The position numbers were made by a program, and so were the translations under genes. Below are positions 37,874-49,080 of a DNA stretch of 64,000 bases, piece after piece. Location: the NCBI GenBank assembly GCA_017134395.1, contig CP070993.1, positions 23,231 through 87,230 of the forward strand, read 5' to 3'. Position 1 is the first letter of the stretch; each line of letters begins with the position of its first letter. The notes under the pieces were generated by a model, which was not told where the DNA came from, made no database searches, and saw only the letters and a program-made list of their open reading frames with translations. This stretch comes from Candidatus Kaiserbacteria bacterium. Its GTDB lineage: Bacteria > Patescibacteriota > Minisyncoccia > Phycocordibacterales > UBA2100.

Positions 37874-39583
37874 ATGGCATCAAGAAACATCGAAAACATC
37901 AAAGAGCGCCTTTCTATTGAAGAAGTGGTCGGGCAGTATGTTGAATTAAAGCCTGCAGGAAGCAGTTTAAAGGGGAAATGTCCGTTTCATGCAGAAAAGA
38001 CTCCCTCGTTTATGGTTTCACCAATGAGGCAGAGCTATCATTGTTTTGGTTGTGGTGTTGGAGGAGATATCTTTACGTTTGTACAAGAAATTGAAGGACT
38101 CGACTTCAAAGGATCGTTAAAGGCTCTTGCTGACAAAGCGGGGATAGAGCTTGTCTATGAAAAAGGAGTCGAAAAAGATGACAATGATGTACTGTTTTCG
38201 ATTTTAGAATCAGTAACGCAGTACTACACTGAGAACCTAAAGAAAAATGACAAAGCAATTACCTACCTTAAAGATCGTGGATTGACTGATGAGACTATCG
38301 ATTCGTTCCGTATTGGATTTGCGCCGGATAGCTGGAGTGGAGCATACGAGCACCTAAAAGGCGCTGGTTTCAGTGAAAAGCACATTATGCAAGCAGGGCT
38401 TATAAAAGAAGGTACTAAGGGTTCATATGACCGCTTTCGCTCACGTATTATGTTTCCAGTTGCAGACAGCGTAGGGCGCATTGTGGCCTTTTCTGGGCGT
38501 ATCTTCGACAAAGAGGACGATAATACAGGGAAGTATATAAACTCGCCAGAAACACCGCTGTACCATAAGTCAAAAATCTTGTATGGATATGATAGGGCCC
38601 GACAAGCGATTCGCAAAGCAAATTTTGCTGTATTGGTAGAAGGGCAGATGGATCTCATTGCAACGCACCAAGCGAAGTACAACAACACGGTAGCGCTTTC
38701 TGGGACAGCACTTACTCCTGAACACATAACACTACTTGGTCGTATGTCTAAGAATCTATGTATTGCACTTGACGCTGACGCAGCGGGCATTGCCAGCGCC
38801 GGTAAATCGGCACGTGCCGCACTGCGCTCGGGTTTTGATGTAAAAATAGCCGCATTACCTGAAGGGTCTGACCCCGCAGATATGCTCGTTAATGACGATA
38901 TTGAACTGTGGAAGAATACGATTAAAGATTCTAAGCATATTATTGATTTCCTTCTTAATCTCTACCGTAAGAAATCTAAGGATGAGCGAGCATTTAAACT
39001 AATGGTACAGAAAGAAGTGCTGCCGTATGTACTAGATATCGAGAGTGAAATTGATAAGAGTCACTTTATTCAGCGAGTAGCGGCACAACTATCTGTTGGG
39101 GAAGAGGCGGTTCGGAGGGAATTATCTAAATTGAAGGCGACTCCGATAAACGAAGGAATTGCTGCAAAACCTGCGACACAAAAAGGAAATGATACACCAC
39201 TCGGTTCTGAAGACGAACTTGTTCTTATGTATCTTTGGCAAAAAGATTTGAAAGAACAGTTGGTAGACTGTAAAAGGCTAAAGGTTCAGATAGAGGAGGC
39301 GCTGACCCCAATTGGTTTTAAAGCATTGGAAGAAAAGTTGGCAGGAAATAAAGAGGCAGCATTTAAATTTGAGGCATTGTATCACGATGAAGATAGTATG
39401 AAGCGTGCAATAAATGAACTCATCGAACGTCTTCTAAAAAGAGAACTTCAGAAAGAGCTTGATAATGCAAGCGTCTCTATGAGAAAAGCCGAAAGTGAAG
39501 GGAATCAAAAGGATATAGCTCTCTATGCGCAAAAACATCAAGATGTACTCGAAAAACTACGTAAACTTGACAACCATTTATAA
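37874..39583 (+). CDS. dnaG: DNA primase
   Basis: CPFHAEKTPSF...CFGC zinc finger, DRFRSRIMFP, KYINSPET, VEGQMD, DADAAG, DPAD. Confidence 0.97.
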   Translation: MASRNIENIKERLSIEEVVGQYVELKPAGSSLKGKCPFHAEKTPSFMVSPMRQSYHCFGCGVGGDIFTFVQEIEGLDFKGSLKALADKAGIELVYEKGVEKDDNDVLFSILESVTQYYTENLKKNDKAITYLKDRGLTDETIDSFRIGFAPDSWSGAYEHLKGAGFSEKHIMQAGLIKEGTKGSYDRFRSRIMFPVADSVGRIVAFSGRIFDKEDDNTGKYINSPETPLYHKSKILYGYDRARQAIRKANFAVLVEGQMDLIATHQAKYNNTVALSGTALTPEHITLLGRMSKNLCIALDADAAGIASAGKSARAALRSGFDVKIAALPEGSDPADMLVNDDIELWKNTIKDSKHIIDFLLNLYRKKSKDERAFKLMVQKEVLPYVLDIESEIDKSHFIQRVAAQLSVGEEAVRRELSKLKATPINEGIAAKPATQKGNDTPLGSEDELVLMYLWQKDLKEQLVDCKRLKVQIEEALTPIGFKALEEKLAGNKEAAFKFEALYHDEDSMKRAINELIERLLKRELQKELDNASVSMRKAESEGNQKDIALYAQKHQDVLEKLRKLDNHL

Positions 39584-39625
39584 ACCCTTGTAATTTAGTA
39601 GAAAACCTATAAAGTACTATAAACT

Positions 39626-40894
39626 ATGGCTCAAAAGAAGACAGTAAAAAAAGCTGTCCGCAAAACAGCGGGCACAAAGAAAAAGGTGGTTGCTAAAAAA
39701 GCACCAGCTAAGAAGGTTGTTTCTAAAAAAACTGCTGTAAAGAAGGTTGTAGCAGCCAGCGCGTCGGTTGGAGCAGTGGTGAAGAAGATGACTCCAAAGC
39801 GAACTCCACCAAAGAAGTCACCGAATAAAAAGGAAAAACAGGCAGAAAAACTGCTCAAAAAAGGGCATGAACGAGGTTATATAACGTATGACGAAATTCT
39901 CAAAGAGTTTCCAACTATCGAACAAGACATCGTATTTCTCGAAGAAATGTACGAACGCTTCGGTGCTGCTGGTATCGATGTTTTAGAAAGCGGCGGTCTT
40001 TTGAACGACAACACAGAACTACTACTCGACCGAAAGAAATTTGGTTCAGGAAGTGATGCATCACGTGATTCGGTTCAAATGTATCTACGAGAAATAGGTC
40101 AGTACCCACTTATTACCGCAGATCGTGAAAAGGAACTCGCGAAACGTATTGAAGAAGGGGACGACGAAGCTCGAGGAATTCTTGCTCGCTCAAACCTGCG
40201 TCTTGTTGTTTCTATTGCTAAGAAATATGTTGGACGTTCAAGCGACCTCACGCTTCTCGACCTTATCCAAGAAGGAAACCTCGGTCTCTTTAAGGCAGTG
40301 GATAAATTTGATTACACAAAGGGATATAAATTCTCTACGTACGCAACGTGGTGGATTCGCCAAGCTATTACACGTGCGCTTGCCGACCAGTCACGGACAA
40401 TTCGTATTCCTGTTCACATGGTTGAAACGATTGCGAAATACAAACAAAAAGTACGTGAGCTTTCTCAACATTTAGGACGAGACCCAATGCCTGAAGAAAT
40501 TGCCGTAGAAATGGGGCTTGAAGTAGATAAAGTCCATCATATTCAGAAAATTAGCCAAGCCACTGTTTCTCTTGAGTCTCCTGTGGGAGATGAGGGTGAA
40601 GACAAGTCGACTCTCGGGCACTTTATTGCTGATGATAAGATGGAATCTCCAGATCAAGCAGCAAGTCGCCGTATTCTTTCAGAGCACATAACTGCTGTTC
40701 TTGATGAGCTTTCAGACAAAGAACGAAAGATTCTTGAGATGCGCAACGGACTCAATGATGAAGGAATTTGCCACACACTTGAAGAAGTAGGAAAGATGTT
40801 TGGTGTGACACGTGAACGTATTCGTCAAATTGAAGCTAAGGCACTCGAAAAGATTCGTTTCCACGAACGAGCTGCTCAGTTGAAGAATTACTAA
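39626..40894 (+). CDS. rpoD: primary sigma70 factor with Lys/Ala-rich N-terminus
   Basis: [56 protein letters not shown]. Confidence 0.97.
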   Translation: MAQKKTVKKAVRKTAGTKKKVVAKKAPAKKVVSKKTAVKKVVAASASVGAVVKKMTPKRTPPKKSPNKKEKQAEKLLKKGHERGYITYDEILKEFPTIEQDIVFLEEMYERFGAAGIDVLESGGLLNDNTELLLDRKKFGSGSDASRDSVQMYLREIGQYPLITADREKELAKRIEEGDDEARGILARSNLRLVVSIAKKYVGRSSDLTLLDLIQEGNLGLFKAVDKFDYTKGYKFSTYATWWIRQAITRALADQSRTIRIPVHMVETIAKYKQKVRELSQHLGRDPMPEEIAVEMGLEVDKVHHIQKISQATVSLESPVGDEGEDKSTLGHFIADDKMESPDQAASRRILSEHITAVLDELSDKERKILEMRNGLNDEGICHTLEEVGKMFGVTRERIRQIEAKALEKIRFHERAAQLKNY

Positions 40895-40898
40895 ATCC

Positions 40899-40929
40899 AA
40901 AAACCTCCCAGTTACCTGGGAGGTTTTTT
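40899..40929 (+). terminator. intrinsic terminator after rpoD
   Basis: AAAAACCTCCCAG-TTAC-CTGGGAGGTTTTTT. Confidence 0.85.
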
Positions 40930-40973
40930 GTTAGGTGCTATACTGTTTTTATACTAAGTATAACAATTTGCGC

Positions 40974-41516
40974 ATGTCTGAACGGTTTCCAAAAAAAGAA
41001 AACAAGAAGAAAACTAACAAGGGAGCAGTCGCGGGGTTAGCCGCACTAGGTGCTTTGGCATTTGGCGTAGGTAATGCGAGTGCTGTGCAATCATCTGGTT
41101 CTCGAACTGATTTTGAGGCACATACACCGGTACAAATTGAGGTAAGTCCTTTTGTTAAAATGTTAGCTTATGCTGAAACAGCAGCAAGGAAATACAATAG
41201 AGAAAAAGATAGAGCAGAATCTCCTGATTATATAGTGCATGAACTTAGTGAGATGCAAAATCGTTCTGTACAAGCCGCACAGAAAGATTTCAAGAAATTC
41301 CTAAATGCATATCATACTGCCGTGCGTGGTGCTGGTGGCGACCCCGATTTAATTGCAGAAGTGATGGCGAAAGATGCTTATGGAGACGTTTCAATCGCAG
41401 TACAAAATTTTGTGAATATTATGAAAGAGATTCATGACAGATATGAAGAAGATGTCCGGGTCAGGGCTCTTTATGAGTTGATTAAGGAACACAATTCAGC
41501 TAACGTGGGTAACTAA
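40974..41516 (+). CDS. hypothetical exported helical protein
   Basis: Basic N-terminus plus hydrophobic segment (GAVAGLAALGALAFGVGNASA); bidirectional terminator at 41524-41551. Confidence 0.7.
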   Translation: MSERFPKKENKKKTNKGAVAGLAALGALAFGVGNASAVQSSGSRTDFEAHTPVQIEVSPFVKMLAYAETAARKYNREKDRAESPDYIVHELSEMQNRSVQAAQKDFKKFLNAYHTAVRGAGGDPDLIAEVMAKDAYGDVSIAVQNFVNIMKEIHDRYEEDVRVRALYELIKEHNSANVGN

Positions 41517-41577
41517 ACATACTAAAACCCCTCGCGTACGCGAGGGGTTTTATATGTTACGTGATTTGTAGTTGCTA

Positions 41578-42882
41578 TTATACAGTCACAAATCCAGTGT
41601 AGTAGAAGATAACCAAAACGACAGAGGCAATAGAGAGACCTGCAGCAGTTGCGGGTATTCCGTACTTAAGCCATCGTTTGAAGCTAATAGGTTCATCTGT
41701 TTGTTCGGATTTTGAAACCACAATGATACCTGCGGTAGAACCAATTGGTGAACCGTTTCCACCAAATCCAACACCGAATACCAGCGCCCACCACAGAAGG
41801 TCTACAGGTACACCTGATTGCTGTAAATACAGAATAATAGGAATCATAGCAACCGTAAGCGGGATGTTATCTACAATAGCTGATGCAATTGCAGCAACCC
41901 ATAGAATAATAATAGCGGTAAGCAATAGGTTGCTTTCAGCACTTGCGGTAATAATTTGGGCCAGACTCTCTAGTACACCAGCGTGTTCGAGACCACCAAC
42001 GGTAATGAAGAGTGACGCGAAGAAGAGGAGTACTGATAGCTCGGTTTTCTCAATGATAGGTTGCGGGTCCTTCGTTGCGGTGACTAAAAGCAAGATTGCA
42101 GCTGCACCAATAAGCGCAATAAGGGACGCTTCAAGATGAAGAACACCATGGAAGAAAAAGAGGACGACAACACCAGCAAGAACAGCGAGACCCTTTTTAA
42201 GAGTCGGTAAGTCCGTAATGGCATCCTTTTCATTCATTTGCATTAGTTCTTCGATGTTCTCAGGAGCTTTTGAAAGCTCCTTTTTGAAGAGGAATCGGAA
42301 CATAATGAATGTAACTACTCCTACAACAAGTACTGTTGGAAGCGAGTGAACAAGGAAGGCGTTGAAAGTAAAATCTGCTGCTGAACCAATCATGATGTTT
42401 GGCGGGTCACCAACGAGTGTGGCAGTACCACCAACGTTTGAAAGCATAGCCTCAACCAGCAATAGTGGTGTTGCGCTGATTTTAAGCATTCGAGCGATAA
42501 TAATCGTAATAGGTACGATCAAAATAATTGTTGTTACGTTGTCGAGTATCATCGACAATACTGCCGTAAGCGTACCAAGGGCAAGCATGAGGAGCCATGG
42601 GTTACCTTTTGTCTTCTTTGCCGTTAAGATACCAAGGTATTGAAATACACCAGTCCTCTCGAGTACTACCACAAGTAGCATCATTCCGAAAAGAAGCCCT
42701 AATGTGTTGAAATCAACGGCGTTAAGAGCGTCTTCTGGGTGGTAGAAGTCGAATATTATTCCTGCAAGTACCATAAGCACGGCACCTGCCATTGCAACCA
42801 CACTACGGTGTACTCGTTCTGTTAAAATGAGGGCGAATGTCCCTCCAAAAATGATAGTACTGATTATTGCTGCTGTTGTCAT
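41578..42882 (-). CDS. ArsB/NhaD (IT superfamily) ion or carboxylate transporter
   Basis: About 11-12 TMs; LDNVTT, NVGGTATLVGDPPN, SAIVDNIP, GGNGSPIGS. Confidence 0.88.
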   Translation of the reverse strand: MTTAAIISTIIFGGTFALILTERVHRSVVAMAGAVLMVLAGIIFDFYHPEDALNAVDFNTLGLLFGMMLLVVVLERTGVFQYLGILTAKKTKGNPWLLMLALGTLTAVLSMILDNVTTIILIVPITIIIARMLKISATPLLLVEAMLSNVGGTATLVGDPPNIMIGSAADFTFNAFLVHSLPTVLVVGVVTFIMFRFLFKKELSKAPENIEELMQMNEKDAITDLPTLKKGLAVLAGVVVLFFFHGVLHLEASLIALIGAAAILLLVTATKDPQPIIEKTELSVLLFFASLFITVGGLEHAGVLESLAQIITASAESNLLLTAIIILWVAAIASAIVDNIPLTVAMIPIILYLQQSGVPVDLLWWALVFGVGFGGNGSPIGSTAGIIVVSKSEQTDEPISFKRWLKYGIPATAAGLSIASVVLVIFYYTGFVTV

Positions 42883-42942
42883 AAAGATAATTACATACAA
42901 AAAGGCCACCTATTTAGTGGCCCCTTTGCGCTGTTTATAAAG

Positions 42943-43446
42943 TTATTTGTCGTCAATGTCAGCGAAACAGTCTCCGCACATGCCGAGAGTTGCTCCAATG
43001 ACCTGTTTAAGTTCGGTTCGAGTAAGAATACCTACTGGTTTGTTGTCTGCGTTTACCACTGCAATACGTCCACGACCTGTGTGCGCTGCAATAGCCGCTG
43101 CTTCAATTACGTTCCCGTCTACCTTAATGGTAGGGACTTCAGTTTCCATGAAGTCTGCAACAGGTGTGTCTTTTACACGCTCTGCATCTTCCTTAAGAAG
43201 CTCCATGTTTGAGAAACGCGCGGCAAGGTTACTTTCTTCCATATAGTCTGGAAGCACTGCCTTGATAATATCGATAGCGTTCACCATTCCTGCTAATGTT
43301 CCGTCTTCTGCTAACACAGTAAGAGAGTTTCGTCGTTCGGTAATCATTTTTTGCAATGTTTCTTCCAACGTTGCAGTACTACTGGTAAAGATTGCCGGAC
43401 GCATAATGTCCTCAACTGAGTATGATTTTTCCTTTATTGTGATCAT
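42943..43446 (-). CDS. CBS-pair domain protein
   Basis: VEDIM...LAGMVNAIDI...VADFM...VVNADNKPVGILTRTEL. Confidence 0.88.
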   Translation of the reverse strand: MITIKEKSYSVEDIMRPAIFTSSTATLEETLQKMITERRNSLTVLAEDGTLAGMVNAIDIIKAVLPDYMEESNLAARFSNMELLKEDAERVKDTPVADFMETEVPTIKVDGNVIEAAAIAAHTGRGRIAVVNADNKPVGILTRTELKQVIGATLGMCGDCFADIDDK

Positions 43447-43536
43447 ATATTTGGGCAACTATATACCTGTGTAAGCCGTAGTGCAAGAGGTTATATGCAC
43501 AGAGAAGAGATAGACACTATGGTATACTTTTTCACT

Positions 43537-44676
43537 ATGGATTACGGAGAGGAATCAATAAAGCAGCACGACAAAAAAGGTGGAAAAATTCGTATAGAAA
43601 GTACGTTTCCAGTTACTAATACGAAAGAGTTATCCGTTGCCTATACTCCTGGAATTGCAGCGGTATCTCAAGAAATAGCTAAAAACCCAGACCGTGCACG
43701 TGATCTCATCGCAACGAAAAAGATGGTTGCAGTTATTACAGACGGCTCCGCGGTACTTGGTCTAGGTAACATTGGTCCAGTCGCAGCATTGCCGGTTATG
43801 GAAGGCAAATGTGCACTATTTAAGACGTTTGCTGATGTTGATGCATTTCCTATTGCTCTTGATACACAAGACGTAGATGAGATTGTAGACACTATCACAC
43901 ATATCGCACCTACTTTTGGTGGTATTAACCTAGAGGATATTTCAGCACCACGTTGTTTTGAAATAGAGGAGCGACTACGAAATGCACTTGATATTCCGGT
44001 GTTCCACGATGATCAGCACGGAACAGCTATTGTTGTCCTCGCAGGTCTCCTTAATGCGCTTAAGGTAACACACAAAAAGAAGGAAGAGGTAAAGATTGTA
44101 GTAACCGGCTCCGGCGCTGCGGGTATTGCGATTGTCGCTTTGTTACAAAAAGCAGGATTCCCACGAGTAACTATTGTTGACGGTGGCGGCATTGTTTCTA
44201 AATGTCGTGAAGACTTGAATGTTGCACAAGAGAAGATTCTAGAGTGCTGTGCGATTAGTGAGATTTGTGGCGGCCTCGAAGAGTCGGTAGTGGGTAAGGA
44301 TGTATTTATTGGCGTTTCTGCGGGAAATATCTTAACCAAAGAAATGGTGTCGACTATGAACGATAATCCGATTATTTTTGCACTTGCAAATCCTACACCC
44401 GAGATAGAACCAGAGTTAGCTCTTAGTGCAGGAGCTGCTGTTGTGGCTACAGGTCGTTCAGATCATCCAAATCAGGTAAACAATGCATTAGTATTCCCCG
44501 GTGTATTTAAAGGCGCTCTAGACGCACAGGTAGCGCAGATTACTGATTATATGAAATTAGCTGCCGCCGAGGCACTGGCAGCGCTAGTGTCTGAGCCAAC
44601 GGCTGAAAAGATTATTCCGGGACCATTTGACGAAGGCATTGTTGAGGCGATTTCAAATGCAGTTAAGAATTCTTAA
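43537..44676 (+). CDS. NAD(P)-dependent malic enzyme
   Basis: AYTPGIA, TDGSAVLGLGNIG, PVMEGK, NLEDISAPRCF, HDDQHGTA, ATGRSDHPNQVNN. Confidence 0.95.
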   Translation: MDYGEESIKQHDKKGGKIRIESTFPVTNTKELSVAYTPGIAAVSQEIAKNPDRARDLIATKKMVAVITDGSAVLGLGNIGPVAALPVMEGKCALFKTFADVDAFPIALDTQDVDEIVDTITHIAPTFGGINLEDISAPRCFEIEERLRNALDIPVFHDDQHGTAIVVLAGLLNALKVTHKKKEEVKIVVTGSGAAGIAIVALLQKAGFPRVTIVDGGGIVSKCREDLNVAQEKILECCAISEICGGLEESVVGKDVFIGVSAGNILTKEMVSTMNDNPIIFALANPTPEIEPELALSAGAAVVATGRSDHPNQVNNALVFPGVFKGALDAQVAQITDYMKLAAAEALAALVSEPTAEKIIPGPFDEGIVEAISNAVKNS

Positions 44677-44804
44677 ATTCTAAATCGGGTGTAGGGTTTT
44701 TAGGCTTATACAGAGACTCGTTTTTCAGTATATATGGAGTATAAAAAATAGGCCGCAATGGTAGTCGCGACCTATATTTCTGAATGAACATAAGAGAGGG
44801 CATC

Positions 44805-45155
44805 TTACTCACCATATGAAATGTTGTACGTCATGAGACCGCATTGAACAACTTCAACGATATGAGCGATTTTCTCAGGTTCCGATGGAGATAAAATTAG
44901 TGCTTGAGCACACATCCAACGAAGATGGGAAGTAAGTCGCAGTGGATAATCCTCCCAGAGATCAAAGAAAAGTAACTCTCGCTGACGATTCCAATTGTCG
45001 ACTTGCCACAATTTCCACTGTTCTGCGACGGGCTGTATTGGTGGGAGATCCTCGTTGTTGTTTACTGGAAGCACAAGGTTCTTTTGAATATTCACAAGTG
45101 CTTTGTCGAGCTCTTGCGCTTGCTCAATTTTTGATAGCAATTGTACCATCGTCAC
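44805..45155 (-). CDS. hypothetical protein
   Basis: 116-aa ORF with a purine-rich SD-like GGAAGGA; convergent terminator at about 44744-44780. Confidence 0.55.
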   Translation of the reverse strand: MTMVQLLSKIEQAQELDKALVNIQKNLVLPVNNNEDLPPIQPVAEQWKLWQVDNWNRQRELLFFDLWEDYPLRLTSHLRWMCAQALILSPSEPEKIAHIVEVVQCGLMTYNISYGE

Positions 45156-45287
45156 TATCCTTCCGTTGCTTTTTATTCTATATACAAACTACCAAACAGA
45201 GGGTGGTCCTGCAAACGTTGTGGGTGCTCAGTTATCTTTTCGAGGTCGATAGTTCGACACACCCAAAGGCTTCTATATACTAGTGTA

Positions 45288-48200
45288 ATGGTACGAGCTC
45301 GAACGACTCCAGAATTTAATAAAAGCTACGCAATGCTTAATGGAGAGCAACGCAAGGCAGTAGATACTATCGAAGGCCCAGTCATGGTTATTGCGGGTCC
45401 TGGAACAGGTAAGACTCAGATACTTACGCTGCGAATTGCTAATATTCTCAAAGAAACTGATGCTGATCCATCGTCTATTCTTGCGCTTACGTTTACTGAA
45501 GCGGGTGTCGCAGCGATGCGAAAGCGTCTTGTGTCTATGATAGGTTCAGACGCATATCGTGTTGCCATCCATACGTTCCACGGCTTTTGTAACATGACCA
45601 TTCAGAGGTTTCCTGAAGATTTTCCACGTCTCATTAGTTCAGAGCAAATTACTGATATCGATCAAATTTTACTGATGCGGGAGATTATCGAAAAAAGAGA
45701 CCACCTTAATCTGCTACGACCATTCCACGACAACTTTGCGTACGCTAAGAAGAGTCTGAACGCAATTAGCGACCTCAAGAGTGAATATATTGAGCCACAA
45801 GAGTTTAAAGAGAGAGTTGAACTGAGTGAGAAGAATTTTTTAGCGCAAGACGATTTGTATAACGAAAAAGGTGCTTACAAAGGCAAGATGAAGACAGTTC
45901 ATCAGAAAACGCAGAAGAGTATTGAAAAAAATAAGGAGTTGGTAGAGCTTTACGAAGCATACGAGGAAGCACTGCGCGATAGGAAGCTTTACGACTACAA
46001 CGATATGATAAGTGTCGCGGTACGTCGATTAGATGAGGATAGAGACGTACTACAGCGATTACAGGAAGAATATCAGTATGTTTTGGCAGATGAGCACCAA
46101 GACGCGAATGCATCACAAAACCGTTTGCTCGAGTTGCTTGTGGATTTTCATGAGGAACCTAACTTGTTTATTGTTGGTGATGAGAAGCAGGCCATTTACC
46201 GTTTTCAAGGTGCATCGCTAGAGAACTTTTTGTACTTCAAGAACAAGTACCCAAACGCACAGGTGGTTGAACTTAAGCATTCGTATCGTTCTGGTCAGAA
46301 AATACTCGACGTCGCCCACAGTGTTATTGACTCATCTGATGACGAAATAGAACGCGTTGCACTTGAGTCACGTGCTGCTATAGAGAAAGAAGCAGCAGAA
46401 GTTCGTGTTTTTGGTTCTGATGAAACCGAAGCATTGTGGGTTGCTCGTGATATTGAGAAGCATATTGGTGAAGGAGTTGCACCCGATGAGATTGCAGTTC
46501 TTTATCGAACTAATGCAGACGCAGCGTATATTGCCAGAGCACTTGAACGTGAGCGTATCGGCTATTCTATAGAGTCCAATCGCAACATTCTGGATGACAC
46601 AAGCATTGCACAATTCGTTGCACTTCTGCGCACAGTTGCTGACTTTGGGAATAAGGAGTTGGTATCCCAAGTACTACATGTGCGGTTTCTTGGGTTTGAG
46701 CCTATAGATATTTTTAAGGTACTAAAATATAGCTCTCGTAATAGGATTCCAGTATATGACTGTATATTCTCAGAAAAGAAGCTAAAAGATATTGGAGTTA
46801 CTGATGTAAAGCAGTTTTCTGTATTTGCCAAGCGATTGTCGAAATGGGCGCAAGCCGGGAATAACGACCCAGTAACAGATGTGTTTAATTTAGTGCTCGA
46901 CGAATCAGGTTTTCTTACCACTGCACTAAACTCTTCTCGTTCAGTAGAAATGCTCGAGAAACTCCACTCGTTAGCTCGTACTGTAGAAGAGCTTGCAAGA
47001 GGTAACCGAGTATATAAATTGAAAGACCTTATAGCGCATCTCGACTTGATGGACGAGTACAATATATCTATAAAGCAATCAGCTGGTGTGCAGCACGCGC
47101 GTCGTGGAGTGCGTCTCATGACAGCGCACAAGTCTAAAGGTTTGGAGTTTGACTATGTGTATCTGGTAGGCGCATGGGATACGCACTGGGGGAATAAACG
47201 GAAGATGTCTAGCTTCACACTTCCCATTGACGGACCGGCAAATCAGGATAATGCAGACGAAAGAAGGCTTTTCTATGTAGCGCTTACGAGAGCACGTTCA
47301 CGTGTAAGTGTTAGTTACGGAAGAGTATCTCAGAGTGGTAAAGATAGGTTGCCTTCTCAGTTTGTTGAGGAGATGAATGATTCATATAAAGAGAATGTAG
47401 ACGAAAGTGCGTTTGAAGAAGGTTTGTCGCCAGAAGTATTTTTGCAGGCAAAGCCAGATGTAAAAAGTCTTTCAGTAGCTGACAGTGAATATCTGAAAGA
47501 GTTATTTGTTGAGCAAGGACTTTCGGTGACTGCGCTGAATAATTATCTTACATGCCCATGGCAGTACTTTTATAGTAACCTCGTACGTATTCCAAAAATA
47601 CCTACCAAGTATATGACATTAGGTACTGCGGTAGACAGAGCACTGAAAACTTTCTTTATTCACCATCAAAATAGCGAAGTAACGAAAGATATGTTGCTGG
47701 ATGCATATGAAAAAGCTCTTGAGCAGACATCTCTCTCTGGGAATGCATTTACCGAAATGTACGAGCAAGGACATGATGCACTTTCTGGATGGTTTGATAC
47801 GTACAATGGAACGTGGTGTAAGGAAACACTAAATGCATATAAGATTGATTTAACGATACCGCTTTCTCTAGAATTGCTTCCAAATATTCGAGTGCGTGGA
47901 GAATTGGATAAAGCAGAAGTATATGCTGACGGTATTACGGTAGTAGATTACAAAACAGGGAAGCCTAAATCTAGAAATCATATAACAGGTGGCACTAAGG
48001 CAGTTGGTTCAGGAAACTATTTTAGACAGCTCGTCTTTTATCGGATGCTTATCGACGCGCAGGATAAATATAAAATGAAGAATGCGGTACTAGACTTCAT
48101 ACAGCCAAAAGAAAACGGAACGTACGTACGTGAAGAGTTTACTATTACGCAGGACGACGTAGATGTACTCCTAAAAGAAATAGAAAAAATGTCGACAGAG

Positions 48201-48290
48201 GTTTTAAATCTATCGTTCTGGGATGAGCGTTGCGACGCACACAAAAAAGGGGATTGTGAGTATTGTAAGTTGCGAGAATTGATGCAATAA
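45288..48290 (+). CDS. UvrD/PcrA-like SF1 helicase fused to a C-terminal PD-(D/E)XK nuclease
   Basis: AGPGTGKT, DEHQD, VGDEKQAIYRFQG, TAHKSKGLEF, ERRLFYVALTRA; nuclease GELDKA...VVDYKTG with terminal Cys cluster. Confidence 0.93.
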   Translation: MVRARTTPEFNKSYAMLNGEQRKAVDTIEGPVMVIAGPGTGKTQILTLRIANILKETDADPSSILALTFTEAGVAAMRKRLVSMIGSDAYRVAIHTFHGFCNMTIQRFPEDFPRLISSEQITDIDQILLMREIIEKRDHLNLLRPFHDNFAYAKKSLNAISDLKSEYIEPQEFKERVELSEKNFLAQDDLYNEKGAYKGKMKTVHQKTQKSIEKNKELVELYEAYEEALRDRKLYDYNDMISVAVRRLDEDRDVLQRLQEEYQYVLADEHQDANASQNRLLELLVDFHEEPNLFIVGDEKQAIYRFQGASLENFLYFKNKYPNAQVVELKHSYRSGQKILDVAHSVIDSSDDEIERVALESRAAIEKEAAEVRVFGSDETEALWVARDIEKHIGEGVAPDEIAVLYRTNADAAYIARALERERIGYSIESNRNILDDTSIAQFVALLRTVADFGNKELVSQVLHVRFLGFEPIDIFKVLKYSSRNRIPVYDCIFSEKKLKDIGVTDVKQFSVFAKRLSKWAQAGNNDPVTDVFNLVLDESGFLTTALNSSRSVEMLEKLHSLARTVEELARGNRVYKLKDLIAHLDLMDEYNISIKQSAGVQHARRGVRLMTAHKSKGLEFDYVYLVGAWDTHWGNKRKMSSFTLPIDGPANQDNADERRLFYVALTRARSRVSVSYGRVSQSGKDRLPSQFVEEMNDSYKENVDESAFEEGLSPEVFLQAKPDVKSLSVADSEYLKELFVEQGLSVTALNNYLTCPWQYFYSNLVRIPKIPTKYMTLGTAVDRALKTFFIHHQNSEVTKDMLLDAYEKALEQTSLSGNAFTEMYEQGHDALSGWFDTYNGTWCKETLNAYKIDLTIPLSLELLPNIRVRGELDKAEVYADGITVVDYKTGKPKSRNHITGGTKAVGSGNYFRQLVFYRMLIDAQDKYKMKNAVLDFIQPKENGTYVREEFTITQDDVDVLLKEIEKMSTEVLNLSFWDERCDAHKKGDCEYCKLRELMQ

Positions 48291-48322
48291 AAAATGCCTC
48301 ACATTGTGAGGCATTTTTTATT
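48286..48322. terminator. bidirectional intrinsic terminator
   Basis: AATAAAAAATGCCTCAC-ATT-GTGAGGCATTTTTTATT. Confidence 0.85.
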
Positions 48323-48337
48323 GTCGGTTAAATCTAC

Positions 48338-49036
48338 TTACTGTGCCAAAAGTTGGTCGATGATCTGCGAAAGACCTTCAACTGATTGACCTCCTTCGAG
48401 TGGGTACTGCTCACCATTTACAAGAAGAATGTTGTGAGGAGTTCCACGTCCACCTGCCGCGATTACTTCGTTGTAATCTGCGTCCACTCGCTCTTGCATG
48501 TCACCGCTGTCGAGACATTGTGTGAACGCTGCCGCATCAAGACCAACGTGCGTTGCGATCTTTGGAAGTTCATCCATGCTGAGTCCGTTGTTCGATGGAG
48601 TAACTTCGTATAAACGGTCTGTGTATGCCCAGAACCCTTCGTTTCCTCCAAGTTCAGCTGCACATTCAAGTGCTTCAGCTTGCTTAGGTGCGTTTGGGTG
48701 AAGCTGCGGAATTGGGAAGTTTCGGTATACCCATGCAACTTCACTTGCCTCATACTTGCTTGTAATTTCTTTAAGAGTTTCGTGATGGTTTTTACAGAAT
48801 GGACATTCTGTATCTGAGTATTCGACAATCACTACTTTTGCATCAGCATTTCCCACAATGTGGTCATCTGCTTGTACTTCTGCAATAGGAACTGCTGGTT
48901 GACCAGCGTCCGGTGCTCCTGCAGGCCCTGTACTTGGTGATCCTGCACCACCAGCGAAGTAAAGAGCTCCGGCGATAAGAGCTCCAGCCGCAACGATGGC
49001 AATAGGAGTTCCGAGGTTCATTTTTTGTTCTGACAT
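48338..49036 (-). CDS. membrane-anchored DsbA-family thiol-disulfide oxidoreductase
   Basis: N-terminal TM, EYSDTECPFC, cis-Pro GTP. Confidence 0.92.
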   Translation of the reverse strand: MSEQKMNLGTPIAIVAAGALIAGALYFAGGAGSPSTGPAGAPDAGQPAVPIAEVQADDHIVGNADAKVVIVEYSDTECPFCKNHHETLKEITSKYEASEVAWVYRNFPIPQLHPNAPKQAEALECAAELGGNEGFWAYTDRLYEVTPSNNGLSMDELPKIATHVGLDAAAFTQCLDSGDMQERVDADYNEVIAAGGRGTPHNILLVNGEQYPLEGGQSVEGLSQIIDQLLAQ

Positions 49037-49080
49037 AGTATTATCCTAAAATTGATTAATGTTGTAGGATTGTATCATAC

